Below are positions 9,869 through 20,389 of a stretch of DNA of 64,000 nt, piece after piece. This DNA is from Helicobacteraceae bacterium (GTDB lineage: Bacteria; Campylobacterota; Campylobacteria; Campylobacterales; SZUA-545): NCBI GenBank assembly GCA_031288475.1, contig JAITRJ010000045.1, forward strand, positions 8,743 through 72,742, written 5' to 3'. Made by a program: the position numbers and the translations under genes. The notes beneath the pieces are model-generated. The model did no database searches, was not told where the DNA came from, and saw nothing but the letters and a program-made list of their open reading frames with translations. The stretch's first letter is position 1, and every line of letters starts with the position of its first letter.

Positions 9869-11086
9869 CTATCTGTACATCTCGATCAGCATCGGTTTTG
9901 CCGCCTCGAACGCTTTTGCCTGCTTCTCAAAGTACTCATGGGCGCTTACCCGTTCGTCGCTCAGCGCGTCGATAATGGACGCGACTCTGGCGTTGTAGAT
10001 CGGTATCAGAGTGCTAAGCAGCTTGCCGCGCTGCCTCTCCAGACGGCGGTATGCGCCCGCGTATATATAGACGATCTTCACCCACGTTTCGATCGGCAGA
10101 TAGAAGTTCTCTCCCGTTACGTTGGCGTAAAGAGTCTCTAAAGCGCCGAATATTTCGTCGCCCAGAAGCTCGCGCCAGATGGCGCTGAAGTTGGCGAATC
10201 CGCTTTTGTAGTATTCAAGAAGCGCCAGTTTATCCACCAGAAAACTCTGCGGCTCCACGCCGACGTAATCTCCAAAAACCGGTATCTCTCTAACCTCTTT
10301 TATATTCGACCATACGGGGAAATCGGTCTCCGTCATTTTAAATATCGTGCCTACGACCTGATAAAACATTGCTGAGAGATCGTTTGGATCTTTATCTCTG
10401 TGTACTTTAACTCCCAGTTTTGCCTGCGCGACATTGAAGTTGTATACAAGCGCTCTTGTCGTCATCCATATATCGACTCCATATTTCGCTATGTCATCGC
10501 TCCATATCTCCTGCGTTAGCAAAAAACGAGCAAAGGTTATAGAGAGCGCCCAATCGCCGCCGATAGGCTGCCATATATCCGCGCCATATATCGCTCTCGT
10601 TAAATTGTACGCAATCGTGCTGGTGATGGTGGCATCAAACTTAAAGCGTTTATACGCGGGCGCTACAAAGTCGTAGCCGCGCTCCAGCACAGGATCGAGT
10701 ATGTTCTTCACCCACTCCGGCGAGATCGATTTAAGATCACTCTCAAAGATCGCTATCGCTTTAGCGTTTAACAACGAGGCGGCTTCAAAAATCTGCAAAA
10801 AAGCTGAACCTTTGCCGGAAACGCCTCGATAGATCGCTACCAGCTTTGTTAAATCGCCGATCTTTGTACTCTGCGCGATTTCTCGCGTATCGTCAGTGCT
10901 TCCGCCGTCGCTTACAAAGATGATCGCTCTTTTATCGGGGTAGAACTGCTCACGCCCAATAGCAACCGCCGATAGGACAAACTCAATTGTTTTTTCGCAA
11001 TTATAACTTGGAATGCCGATAAATATGTCGACGCTTCCAACCTCTTTTAACGCAGCGGCTGTTTCCGATCTGATCGAGCTGTTCAT
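9869..11086 (-). CDS. Glucosylglycerate/mannosylglycerate synthase-like glycosyltransferase
   Basis: DIFIGIPSYN, SDGGSTD, QPIGGD, YGVDIWMT, LGVKVH and MFYQVVGT motifs resemble the Ggs/MgS family. Confidence 0.7.
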   Translation of the reverse strand: MNSSIRSETAAALKEVGSVDIFIGIPSYNCEKTIEFVLSAVAIGREQFYPDKRAIIFVSDGGSTDDTREIAQSTKIGDLTKLVAIYRGVSGKGSAFLQIFEAASLLNAKAIAIFESDLKSISPEWVKNILDPVLERGYDFVAPAYKRFKFDATITSTIAYNLTRAIYGADIWQPIGGDWALSITFARFLLTQEIWSDDIAKYGVDIWMTTRALVYNFNVAQAKLGVKVHRDKDPNDLSAMFYQVVGTIFKMTETDFPVWSNIKEVREIPVFGDYVGVEPQSFLVDKLALLEYYKSGFANFSAIWRELLGDEIFGALETLYANVTGENFYLPIETWVKIVYIYAGAYRRLERQRGKLLSTLIPIYNARVASIIDALSDERVSAHEYFEKQAKAFEAAKPMLIEMYR

Positions 11087-12045
11087 TTAACTCTGATTGC
11101 CTTTATATGATTTACGATCCGGTAGGCATGATTAAGCGACGCGGCTATGGAGCCGCCCACTTTCGCGGCGATATCGCCCGCTACGTATAGACCGGGCACG
11201 CTCGTCTGATAATTCTCGTCAAAAGCGGCTCTGCCCGCGCTGTCCAATTCAACTTTGCACCGCTTCAGAAAATCCAGCGGAGAAGAGCCTCCAAGCGCAT
11301 AGAGCACGCGATCAAATGTCTTCGTCTCGCCATCGGCGAAATAAATGACCGGTAGACCGTTCAGATCGCACAGCCTCTTAATGTCTACACCGAGCTTTAA
11401 ATGCAGCCGACGCGTCTGCTCCAATTGCTTTATAATGTCTTCATTCACCGGATTCAAGCGGCTGAAACGATCTTTCCTGTAACTGAGCGTTACGCCGTTC
11501 CTGTCGCTCAGGTAATAGGCATACTCTGCCGCGCTGTTTCCACCGCCGACTACCAGCACATTTTCACCGCTTGAAAACGAATCTAGATTAAAGTGAATGC
11601 GATGCTGTAATGACGTTGGCAGTTCGTAATCGGGTTTATTCGGCTTGCTCATATAGCCGATCGCTATAATAACGTTTCTAGCGGTAAACTCCTCGCCCGC
11701 ACTGGTTTTGATATAAAACCGATCTTCCGGTATTATTTCGACGATCTCCGTTTTAAAGCGGGTTTCGATTTTCGCGTTCTTTATAAGGGCATCAAACAGT
11801 TCGATCGTACTCTCCTTTGTCCCCTCCATAAAGTGAACGGTGCCCTCAAGCACAATCTTCTGTCCGCGCCAGTCTTTATCAACTCTCTTGTTGTCCTTAT
11901 AAAAGGTTCTAATCGTTGTGGAGTGGTTTGCTCCCTTTTCAAACAGCGCTACGTCCAACCCTAAAACGCTTGCCTCCACGGCGCTGGCTATGCCCGCCGG
12001 GCCTCCGCCGATGACCGCGAGATCGTATATATCTTTCACAACCAC
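11083..12045 (-). CDS. fqrB: NAD(P)H/FAD oxidoreductase, thioredoxin-reductase-like (FqrB-like)
   Basis: GGGPAG, HSTTIRTFYKDNKRVDKDW, VGGGNSAAEYA and AGD motifs; no CxxC; resembles H. pylori FqrB. Confidence 0.75.
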   Translation of the reverse strand: MVVKDIYDLAVIGGGPAGIASAVEASVLGLDVALFEKGANHSTTIRTFYKDNKRVDKDWRGQKIVLEGTVHFMEGTKESTIELFDALIKNAKIETRFKTEIVEIIPEDRFYIKTSAGEEFTARNVIIAIGYMSKPNKPDYELPTSLQHRIHFNLDSFSSGENVLVVGGGNSAAEYAYYLSDRNGVTLSYRKDRFSRLNPVNEDIIKQLEQTRRLHLKLGVDIKRLCDLNGLPVIYFADGETKTFDRVLYALGGSSPLDFLKRCKVELDSAGRAAFDENYQTSVPGLYVAGDIAAKVGGSIAASLNHAYRIVNHIKAIRVK

Positions 12046-12091
12046 TCCTTTAATTCGACATTAACATACTTAAAGGTATAAATTTCCTTCA

Positions 12092-13195
12092 TCAGTTTCT
12101 TCCTCCCAGCACTTCGTGCATAAGATAGTTTTCCACGCCGAGTACGATTCCGTCCGCAAGAGCTTGCTGATATTTTTCGCTCACCAGCCGCTTAATATCC
12201 TCCTTGTGCGTTACGTATCCTATCTCCACGAGCACGGCTGGCATCTGCGCGCCCACAAGTACCCAGAATGGACCCTCTCTCACACCGCTGTCGCGCACCT
12301 TGGCAAAGTGCTTGCGAGCTTCAAAAAGCATTCCGCGCTGCAGATCGATCGCAAGCTTATTGGAGCTTACCACCATTTCACGGTTTAAGAAATTCAGAAA
12401 TGTTTCCTTCGAGTAGTGTTCCATATTGTCCACTACAACGCCGTTTTCAAGCGCCGCAACCTCTTTGGCGCGATCGCTTCTCGCCGGAGAAAGAAAATAG
12501 GTTTCGACCCCTTCAAGCTTATCGCCTCCTTTTGATTTTGGACCCGCGTTCGCGTGAATCGATATAAAAAGATCCGCCTCGACCTTGTTCGCCAATCCAG
12601 TGCGATCGTGCAGCGAAAGGTACTTATCCTCCTCTCTTGTCAGAAACACCTTAAAGCCGCGCTCTTTAAGTTTTTTTCCTGTCAGGAGCGCCACCTTCAG
12701 CACTAGTTCCTTTTCGCTCACTTTTCCGATTCCAATTGCACCCGTGTCTTTTCCGCCATGCCCCGCGTCTACCGCTACAATAAAAGAACCGAAGGGGTTT
12801 TCGGAGGCTTTTTCATCTTTGCCGCGCTCTTTTGATTTAATATCGATCATCATCGTTTTATTTTCGGTTCGCACATCGATCTCAAACGCGTCCGGCCGCG
12901 ATAAAACCACCCGTGTCGTAGTCGCGTTGAACTGCGCGATCTTTACGGCTACGCTTGCGGTTTTGGTGTCGACAAAAGTCTTGAGCAGATACGCCGCTTT
13001 AATATCAATAACGTTTCTGTACGGTTCGCCGCCGGAAGCCTTGATGATGAAGCGCGAATAATCGCTCCGCATGATCGGCTGTGAAAACTCCAGCGTCAGC
13101 CGTTCCTTCGCGGGCGTGTAGCTCTCCAGCGTCTGCGCCGCCGCAACCGGCAAGCAGATCAAAAAAAGGCAGAAAAGCTTAAACCTCTTCCCCAT
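12092..13195 (-). CDS. amiA: N-acetylmuramoyl-L-alanine amidase
   Basis: AMIN-like N-terminus, DAGHGGKD, SIHAN and LVEIGY; conserved position after fabX. Confidence 0.92.
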   Translation of the reverse strand: MGKRFKLFCLFLICLPVAAAQTLESYTPAKERLTLEFSQPIMRSDYSRFIIKASGGEPYRNVIDIKAAYLLKTFVDTKTASVAVKIAQFNATTTRVVLSRPDAFEIDVRTENKTMMIDIKSKERGKDEKASENPFGSFIVAVDAGHGGKDTGAIGIGKVSEKELVLKVALLTGKKLKERGFKVFLTREEDKYLSLHDRTGLANKVEADLFISIHANAGPKSKGGDKLEGVETYFLSPARSDRAKEVAALENGVVVDNMEHYSKETFLNFLNREMVVSSNKLAIDLQRGMLFEARKHFAKVRDSGVREGPFWVLVGAQMPAVLVEIGYVTHKEDIKRLVSEKYQQALADGIVLGVENYLMHEVLGGRN

Positions 13196-14279
13196 TCACC
13201 AGCTTTTGCATCAGCTTAGGAACGCTGATAATCTCATCGATTCTGTGCCCGTTCGATCCTGAAAAAAAGAGTCCCGTCTCCAAGACGCCTGCCGCCGCGT
13301 CGGAAAGCCTGTCGGCTATGCAGTAGCCCACCTTTTTTGCCTCCTCTCCCCGCTTACATGGCACAACGCAGTTGCTCACGCACCGGATCGAGGGACCCAC
13401 GCGCTTATCGATCTGATCGATAAGCGCCGTGCGGATTGCGCGCGCTGGGTAACCTACGGGCGAATGGATCAGCTTGATCTGATCCGCCGTGCAGTCGAGC
13501 AGCAGTTTCTTGTAAACTTCCGGCGCATCGCATTCAAAAGTACCGATAAAACGCGTACCCATCTGCACGCCGGACGCGCCAAGCTCCATCGCCCGCAGAA
13601 TGTCATTGTGATCCCATATTCCGCCCGCCGCAAAGACAGGAATGGAAGCGTCTATACTCTGCGCCTCGGCGACTACCGGAGCGATCAGCTTTTCAAGCTG
13701 ATACTCCGGATCGATACACTGTTCGTAGGTAAAACCCTGGTGCCCGCCGCTTAGCGGACCTTCCAGCACCACCGCGTCCGGTACGCGCTTAAAACGCTGC
13801 TCCCACCGCTTGGCAATCAGCCTTAAAGCCTTTGGGGAACTGACGATCGGAACAAGCGCCACTTCCGGAAAGTCGGCGGCGTACTCCGGCATATTCATAG
13901 GCAATCCGGCGCCCGTGATGATTACGTTTGCTCCCGCTTCGCACGCGTCGACCAATACCCTTTCGTAATCGTTGATCGCTTGCAGTATGTTTGCCCCCAG
14001 CGGCGCGTCGCCGCATATCTCCCGCGCTTTTCTGAAAATTTCAAACGTCGCGGCGCGGTTGTAAAATTCGGCTGTACCAAACGGGCGATCAAACGAAAAA
14101 TTCCTGACAAACCGCCGGTTTTGGTAGTTGCCCGTGCCTATTGAGCTGATCACGCCGAGCGCTCCCTCTTTACTCACGCTGCCCGCTAAATTCGACCAGC
14201 TAATCCCAACACCCATTCCGCCCTGAATAATCGGGTAGCGCAACGTATACTTGCCAATTTTGACGGGTTTTAATTCCAT
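13179..14279 (-). CDS. fabX: Nitronate monooxygenase-family FMN/Fe-S dehydrogenase-isomerase (FabX-like)
   Basis: PIIQGGMG, EGPLSGGH and CVSNCVVPC...YCI cysteine cluster; sits between tyrS and amiA as in H. pylori. Confidence 0.75.
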   Translation of the reverse strand: MELKPVKIGKYTLRYPIIQGGMGVGISWSNLAGSVSKEGALGVISSIGTGNYQNRRFVRNFSFDRPFGTAEFYNRAATFEIFRKAREICGDAPLGANILQAINDYERVLVDACEAGANVIITGAGLPMNMPEYAADFPEVALVPIVSSPKALRLIAKRWEQRFKRVPDAVVLEGPLSGGHQGFTYEQCIDPEYQLEKLIAPVVAEAQSIDASIPVFAAGGIWDHNDILRAMELGASGVQMGTRFIGTFECDAPEVYKKLLLDCTADQIKLIHSPVGYPARAIRTALIDQIDKRVGPSIRCVSNCVVPCKRGEEAKKVGYCIADRLSDAAAGVLETGLFFSGSNGHRIDEIISVPKLMQKLVNGEEV

Positions 14280-14281
14280 CG

Positions 14282-15490
14282 CTACACTACCTTTACGCGA
14301 ACAAATTTGCGTTTGCCTATCTGCGCCACAAACTCGCCGGTTTGAAGCTCAAGCCTAAAATCTTCAAGTGTTTCACCGTTTAGCTTCATTGATCGGGATT
14401 GTAACACACGCTTCAACTCGCTCGTGGAGGCGACAAGTCCTGCTTCGACAAATGCCTTGCCGATCCAGATCGGCGCGGCAAAAAGAAACTCCTCCATCTC
14501 TTCCGGAAGCGCGTTTTGACTATGAACGCGATCGAACTCCAGCTCTGCCTTTTGAGCAGCACTGGCGCCGTGATAACGCGACACCAGCTCGACCGCCAGA
14601 TCCCCCTTCGCCTTCTTCGGATGCGCCCCGCCAACCTTTACGCTATCTCTCAGTGCCGCGATCTCCTCTAAGCTTTTAGCGCTGAGCAGTTCGTACCAAC
14701 GCCACATCTGATCGTCGCTGATGCTCAGAATTTTCGCAAACATCGTTTCCGGCGATTCCGTTAAGCTCACGTAATTGCCCAGCGATTTGCTCATCTTCTT
14801 GACGCCGTCAAGCCCCTCCAGCAGCGGCATTATCATTACTGTCTGCTGTGGTACATTAAAGCTCTTCTGAAGCTGTCTGCCCATCAGCAAATTGAACTTC
14901 TGATCGTTGCCCCCCAGCTCTACGTCGCTTTTAAGGTGAACGCTGTCGTAACCCTGCAGCAGCGGGTAGATAAACTCGCTAATGGCGATGGGAGTCTGCG
15001 AGCGGTAGCGCTTCTCAAAGTCGTCGCGCTCAAGCATTCGCGCCACGCTCTGCTCGCGCGTGAGCGCAATCAGCCCGCCCGCGCCCAGCGCGTTCAGCCA
15101 CTCGGAATTAAACACGATTCTGGTTTCATCCCGATCCAGCACCTTAAACACCTGTTCCTCGTAGGTCTTGGCGTTTTGCGCCACCTCCTCGGCGCTTAGC
15201 GTTTTGCGCGTCTGGCTTTTGCCGGTAGGATCGCCAATCGTCGCGGTAAAGTCGCCGATGAGAAACTGCACAACCGCGCCGTATTTCTGCATCGCGGCAA
15301 GTTTTGAAAGCAGAACCGTATGCCCCAGATGCAAATCGGGCGCGGTTGGATCAAAGCCAGCCTTTACGCGCCATTTCAAGCCGTCCTTGCGATAGCGATT
15401 GAGAGACTCAATCAGCCGCTCCTCGCCGATCACCTCCACGCAGCCGCGTTTAATCTCGCGCAGCGCCGTATCCTCTGTTTTGTTGTTCAT
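14282..15490 (-). CDS. tyrS: Tyrosine--tRNA ligase
   Basis: [18 protein letters not shown] and C-terminal S4 domain. Confidence 0.97.
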   Translation of the reverse strand: MNNKTEDTALREIKRGCVEVIGEERLIESLNRYRKDGLKWRVKAGFDPTAPDLHLGHTVLLSKLAAMQKYGAVVQFLIGDFTATIGDPTGKSQTRKTLSAEEVAQNAKTYEEQVFKVLDRDETRIVFNSEWLNALGAGGLIALTREQSVARMLERDDFEKRYRSQTPIAISEFIYPLLQGYDSVHLKSDVELGGNDQKFNLLMGRQLQKSFNVPQQTVMIMPLLEGLDGVKKMSKSLGNYVSLTESPETMFAKILSISDDQMWRWYELLSAKSLEEIAALRDSVKVGGAHPKKAKGDLAVELVSRYHGASAAQKAELEFDRVHSQNALPEEMEEFLFAAPIWIGKAFVEAGLVASTSELKRVLQSRSMKLNGETLEDFRLELQTGEFVAQIGKRKFVRVKVV

Positions 15491-15492
15491 AT

Positions 15493-17643
15493 TTATTGAC
15501 CCGTGCTTTTATAAATATCGTCCGTTATTGAAAGAGAAACAAGGCTGAATCTCTTTGCGATTGCAAGTTTTATTTTACTTAAAGTCGCCAGAGGAAACTC
15601 GGCGGTAATCTCACACCAGCTTGGAAGCTTCTCCGTGCCCTGCCCCAGCGATATCGTCGCTATATTTACGTCCCGCTTTGAAAGATAGGTTAACAGCGCC
15701 AGAAGAGCGCCCTTTTTATTTTCTAGATTTACAATCAGGCGGTACAATCCGACCGTCCCGCCGACCCAGCCCGCCTTGAGCGCGTTCTCACCCGCCTTCA
15801 AAAGCGCGTATGCGTTTTCGCACAGCTTGTGGTGGATAGTCGCCCGCCCGCGCCTGTGGTAAAACATCAGAATTTGATCGCCGAATTTTGGATGACAGCA
15901 GTGGTCAAAGTCCACCGCGCTGATCGCTTTGGGCGAGACGATCTCTATGTTTTCGATCAAATACCTTTTCGGTCTTGAAGTGTTTATCCCGAAGATGCCG
16001 GTTTTGTGCTTCTCCTTGAAATAGCAGGTCAAGATCTCCTCCAGCAACGCGTTCTCTTTGGGGAGTTTTACGACCGACTCTTCATAGCCGTACCTCTCGA
16101 GCCAGTTTTCCAGATTCTCCTCGTAGTCACCGATGCAAAAACGCAGAATGGAGAGGGCGTTGAGGCGGTCAAGCTCGCGCAGACGCTGGTTGCAGGTGTG
16201 GCGCAGAATGTTTCTTGCTCTTGACGTCTTCAGTGCCTCGATCCAGCTGCATCGAGGCAGCGCCATACTGTCTGTTATGATCTGTACCATGTCGCCGGTC
16301 CGCAGTTCGGTCAGCAACGGCTGTTTTACTCGGTTAATATAGGCGTCTTTCGCCTTCAGCCCCACTTCGCTATGCACCATAAAGGCGAAATCAAGCGCCG
16401 TCGCCCCGCGCGGGAGCGAAAAAGTCTGCCCGTGAGGAGAGTAAACCACTACCTCCTCGCTGTACAGATCGTTTTTCGCCAGCTCATAGAAATCAAGCGG
16501 ATTTTCGCCGCTGTACTGCATACCCTCCAGCCAGTTGAGCTTGGGTGAAAGCGCTCCCGCCTTGTACTTCCAGTGGGCGGCTATGCCGTACTCCGCAGTC
16601 TTGTGCATATCAAACGTACGGATTTGTACCTCGTATATGCCGCTGTCGTGAAACAGCGTGGTGTGAAGCGTCTGGTATCCATTCTCCTTCGGAAGAGAGA
16701 TGTATTCCTTGAAACGGGCGATCAGCGGACGGTAGCGGGTGTGCAAAAGCCCAAGCACCTTGTAACAGTCCATAGGAGTTTTCACAAGAATCCGCACCGC
16801 CATCAGATCGAGTATCTCGTCGATCTTGACGCCTTTGCGCTGCATTTTGGTGTAGATCGAATAATGGTGCTTCAGCCGCGCTCCAATCTCAAAATCCCCT
16901 TCGGGAAAGCCGTTGTTTAACATCATTTTCTTAATCTCCGCAATCAGACCGTTCAGCCCAAGCCTGAGAGCCTGCGCGTGCGCCGCAATAAAACTGTCTA
17001 TCTGCACGTACTCGTCAGGAAAGATGTAGTAAAAGCTCCTGTCTTCCAGCAGTGTCTTGATCAGCCCGATTCCCAGCCTATGCGCAATCGGGGCGTAGAC
17101 CACAAGCGTCTCTTCGGCGATTCTCTTCCGCTTGTCCGCCTCCAGAGCGTCCAGAGTAAGCATATTGTGAAGGCGATCGCACAGCTTGATCACCAGTATG
17201 CGTATGTCGCTTATGGAGACCAGCAGCATTTTGCGGAACGTCAGAGCGGATTCGATGAGCTTCTCGTCTTTGCGATCGCTTGGAATCAGATTCTCTTCGC
17301 GTATCTTGTCGATCTTGGTCAGCCCGTCCACCAGCTTCGCCGGCTCGTCGCCGAACTCCTCACGCACCTCCTCAAGCGTACATGGGGTATCCTCAACGGC
17401 ATCGTGCAGCACAGCCGCTATTGCCATTGATTCGTCGCCGCCGAAATAGGCGACTGCCGCCGCGACCAGAAGTGGATGAACAATGTACGGCTCACCGCTT
17501 TTACGCATCTGATCGCTGTGAACCTCTTCCGCTTTCCGGCACGCTCTTTCCAGCTTCGCGGTTCTGATCAGCGAAAAAAGCATCTCTTTCGCCTCTTCCA
17601 CACCGCGGACCGGGGCAAACTTTGAAGCGATATCTCCCAGCAA
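15493..17643 (-). CDS. spoT: Bifunctional (p)ppGpp synthetase/hydrolase
   Basis: HD domain (LHDAVED), NGYQTLH, EVQIRT, TGS domain and ACT-like C-terminus. Confidence 0.95.
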   Translation of the reverse strand: MLGDIASKFAPVRGVEEAKEMLFSLIRTAKLERACRKAEEVHSDQMRKSGEPYIVHPLLVAAAVAYFGGDESMAIAAVLHDAVEDTPCTLEEVREEFGDEPAKLVDGLTKIDKIREENLIPSDRKDEKLIESALTFRKMLLVSISDIRILVIKLCDRLHNMLTLDALEADKRKRIAEETLVVYAPIAHRLGIGLIKTLLEDRSFYYIFPDEYVQIDSFIAAHAQALRLGLNGLIAEIKKMMLNNGFPEGDFEIGARLKHHYSIYTKMQRKGVKIDEILDLMAVRILVKTPMDCYKVLGLLHTRYRPLIARFKEYISLPKENGYQTLHTTLFHDSGIYEVQIRTFDMHKTAEYGIAAHWKYKAGALSPKLNWLEGMQYSGENPLDFYELAKNDLYSEEVVVYSPHGQTFSLPRGATALDFAFMVHSEVGLKAKDAYINRVKQPLLTELRTGDMVQIITDSMALPRCSWIEALKTSRARNILRHTCNQRLRELDRLNALSILRFCIGDYEENLENWLERYGYEESVVKLPKENALLEEILTCYFKEKHKTGIFGINTSRPKRYLIENIEIVSPKAISAVDFDHCCHPKFGDQILMFYHRRGRATIHHKLCENAYALLKAGENALKAGWVGGTVGLYRLIVNLENKKGALLALLTYLSKRDVNIATISLGQGTEKLPSWCEITAEFPLATLSKIKLAIAKRFSLVSLSITDDIYKSTGQ

Positions 17644-17645
17644 TC

Positions 17646-17843
17646 CTACGCCTTGATTTCGATCAGCCCCGCAGCAATCTCTTTTAAAGCGACGTCGACC
17701 GGTTTTTCCATCTTCTCCGTCGGCACAAGCGGTTTCGCGCCGCTCTGCAACTGCGCGACGCGTTTTGCGACTCCCGCCGAAAGCAGGTAGCGATCGCCGT
17801 TTGTGTATTTCAGCGCCTCCGCCGTAATCTGTTCTGGTCTCAT
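17646..17843 (-). CDS. rpoZ: RNA polymerase omega subunit
   Basis: DRYLL..VAKR and KPVDVALKEI; lies between pyrH and spoT. Confidence 0.93.
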   Translation of the reverse strand: MRPEQITAEALKYTNGDRYLLSAGVAKRVAQLQSGAKPLVPTEKMEKPVDVALKEIAAGLIEIKA

Positions 17844-17877
17844 AACAATATCTCCTTTTTGTGTATCCGTCTCTTTT

Positions 17878-18603
<726 letters not shown>

Positions 18604-18610
18604 TTAAAGA

Positions 18611-18621
18611 CGCGGATTATA
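18611..18621 (-). promoter_or_regulatory. -10 box with GC-rich discriminator for the pyrH-rpoZ-spoT-tyrS operon
   Basis: Minus strand TATAATCCGCG, identical to the element upstream of rpmB. Confidence 0.55.
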
Positions 18622-18702
18622 TCCAAAGGGCGCTTGAGACTTCCGCGCGCGGCAAGCGCCGTCGTGATAAACTTCATTTCACGATTAGCGAAAGGCGGGT
18701 GA

Positions 18703-19101
18703 ATGCACGAAACCCTGAAGAGAACAAGCAAACCCAAGATCGGCAGCGAATAGGGATTTGGCATAACTTTCTTCGTTTTTTTTGCCGTTTTAGCGGCGTT
18801 TAATCCGCTAGAACTCCGTATCGCGTGGCTTACGGCGGCAATCTGTTTCGCAGCTTCGGCGCTTTTCCTTCCTGCCGCGCTGAAGCCGTTAAATTTTCTG
18901 TGGTTTTATTTCGGTCAGGCGTTGCATAAAGTGACTAATCCTGTTATTTTAGGCGTTCTGTTCTTTCTCGTAATTACTCCAATCGCTTTTTTGACGCGGC
19001 TTCTTGGCAAAAATATTCTTTCGCTTTCGTTTGATAAAAAACACGATAGCTACTGGATCAGGCGCGAAACCGGCGAAACGTCGATGAAACATCAATTCTA
19101 A
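18703..19101 (+). pseudogene. SxtJ-family membrane protein interrupted by in-frame TAG at codon 17
   Basis: Manual translation MHETLKRTSKPKIGSE*GFGITFF...LKPLNFLWFYFGQALHKVTNPVILGVLFFLVITPIAFLTRLLGKNIL...SYWIRR...SMKHQF. The frame is otherwise open for 132 codons; TAG at 18751-18753. Confidence 0.85.
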
Positions 19102-19110
19102 GGAGTAAAA

Positions 19111-19263
19111 GTGTCCTTTCTGTCAGAACTTTGGCTGTTTATGAAAACCAGAAAAAAATATTGGCTGGCGCCGATTATCATTATGATGGTTCTGCTTGGA
19201 GGGCTGATTGTTCTGTCATCAAGCGGTTCCGCGGCGGCGCCGTTTATATATACGCTGTTTTAA
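19111..19263 (+). CDS. Small membrane protein, SxtK/DUF5989 family (50 aa)
   Basis: AGGAG RBS and GTG start. Translation MSFLSELWLFMKTRKKYWLAPIIIMMVLLGGLIVLSSSGSAAAPFIYTLF. Confidence 0.9.
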   Translation: MSFLSELWLFMKTRKKYWLAPIIIMMVLLGGLIVLSSSGSAAAPFIYTLF

Positions 19264-19275
19264 GATACGGGTTTA

Positions 19276-20389
19276 ATGAAGAGAAAATTTATTTTCCCAG
19301 TTATATCCGTGTGTTTAGGCGCGCTGATCGCGCTGGTTATGCTAGAAATTTTCCTGCGGTTTTTCCCCGTCGGCGAATCGCTGTTTTTTCAAAGCGTGAA
19401 CGAAGAGAATCCCGTTTTCCGCGCCGAACCGGACAGAAGCGGCTGGTATTCCAAAAATTGGAATTTTAAACACGCGGCAAGATGGCGCAGCAATAACGAC
19501 GGGTTTATAAACGATCGGGATTATAAGACACCAATTGAGAGAGAAACGGAATCGACCGGGTTGATCGCGGTGATCGGGGATTCCTATGTAGAAGCGCTTA
19601 TTGTCCCTCCGCGGGAGAGTTTTTTTGAGCGTTTGGAGAAAGAAATGGAAGGGCGTCAGCTTGTTTACTCCTTCGGATTTAGCGGCGCGCCCCTCAGCCA
19701 GTATCTTATTTGGGCGCGATACGCGCAAGAAACCTATAAAAACGACTATCTGATCGTTCTTGTGATCGGCAACGATTTTGATGAAAGCCTGTTGGAGTAT
19801 AAAAGCGCCGAAGGAGGTCATTATTACGAAAAATCCGAAGGCGGCTTAAAGCTTAAACGCGTTGATTTTACTCCCTCGATAATGGGACGTGTCGCGCGTC
19901 GTTTTTTTATTTTTCAATATACAGCGCACAATATACAGCTTCTATTACCCCCCCCCCCCCCCCCCATCTTCCCCCGAAAGACAATACGCGGGTAACGCCG
20001 CATACGACGCTGACGAAAAGCGGATTAACGATTCAAAGGAAGCGGTCGATCAATTTCTGAAAGATATTCCGGTCTATTCTGGTCTGCCAAAGGATCGAAT
20101 TTTATTTATAGTAGATTGCGTCAGAGACGATAATTTTTACAGCGGTAATCCAGACCCGAACAGTTACGCGGCGCAGATGTTCGCGTATTTTTTGGAGAAT
20201 GCTGAATTAAACGGCTTTAACGCGATTGATATGCAAAAGTATTTTACAAACGACTACGCGATCAATAAACAGCGTTTTGAGTTTCCGGATGACGGACACT
20301 GGAATAGCGCAGGACACCGGGTTGCATATGAAGCTATTATGAATGAGAAAAACTTCGCAAACTACCTGAATAGCGTGGATCGCGAATGA
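19276..20389 (+). CDS. Membrane-anchored SGNH/GDSL acyltransferase-like protein, frameshifted at poly-C tract (phase-variable, OFF in this sequence)
   Basis: N-terminal TM helix, IGDSY (block I) and IGNDF (block III) in ORF 19276-19995; DGHWN (DxH) in ORF 19889-20389. Removing one C joins them into 370 aa. Confidence 0.85.
19948..19965 (+). repeat. Homopolymeric C18 tract (simple sequence repeat)
   Basis: 18 consecutive C at the frame junction of the SGNH gene. Confidence 0.95.

Noticed and set aside
18751-18753. Pyrrolysine or genome-wide TAG recoding
   Set aside because: TAG is an ordinary stop for flpA, the carbamoyltransferase, bamD and lon, and there are no pyl genes in the window.
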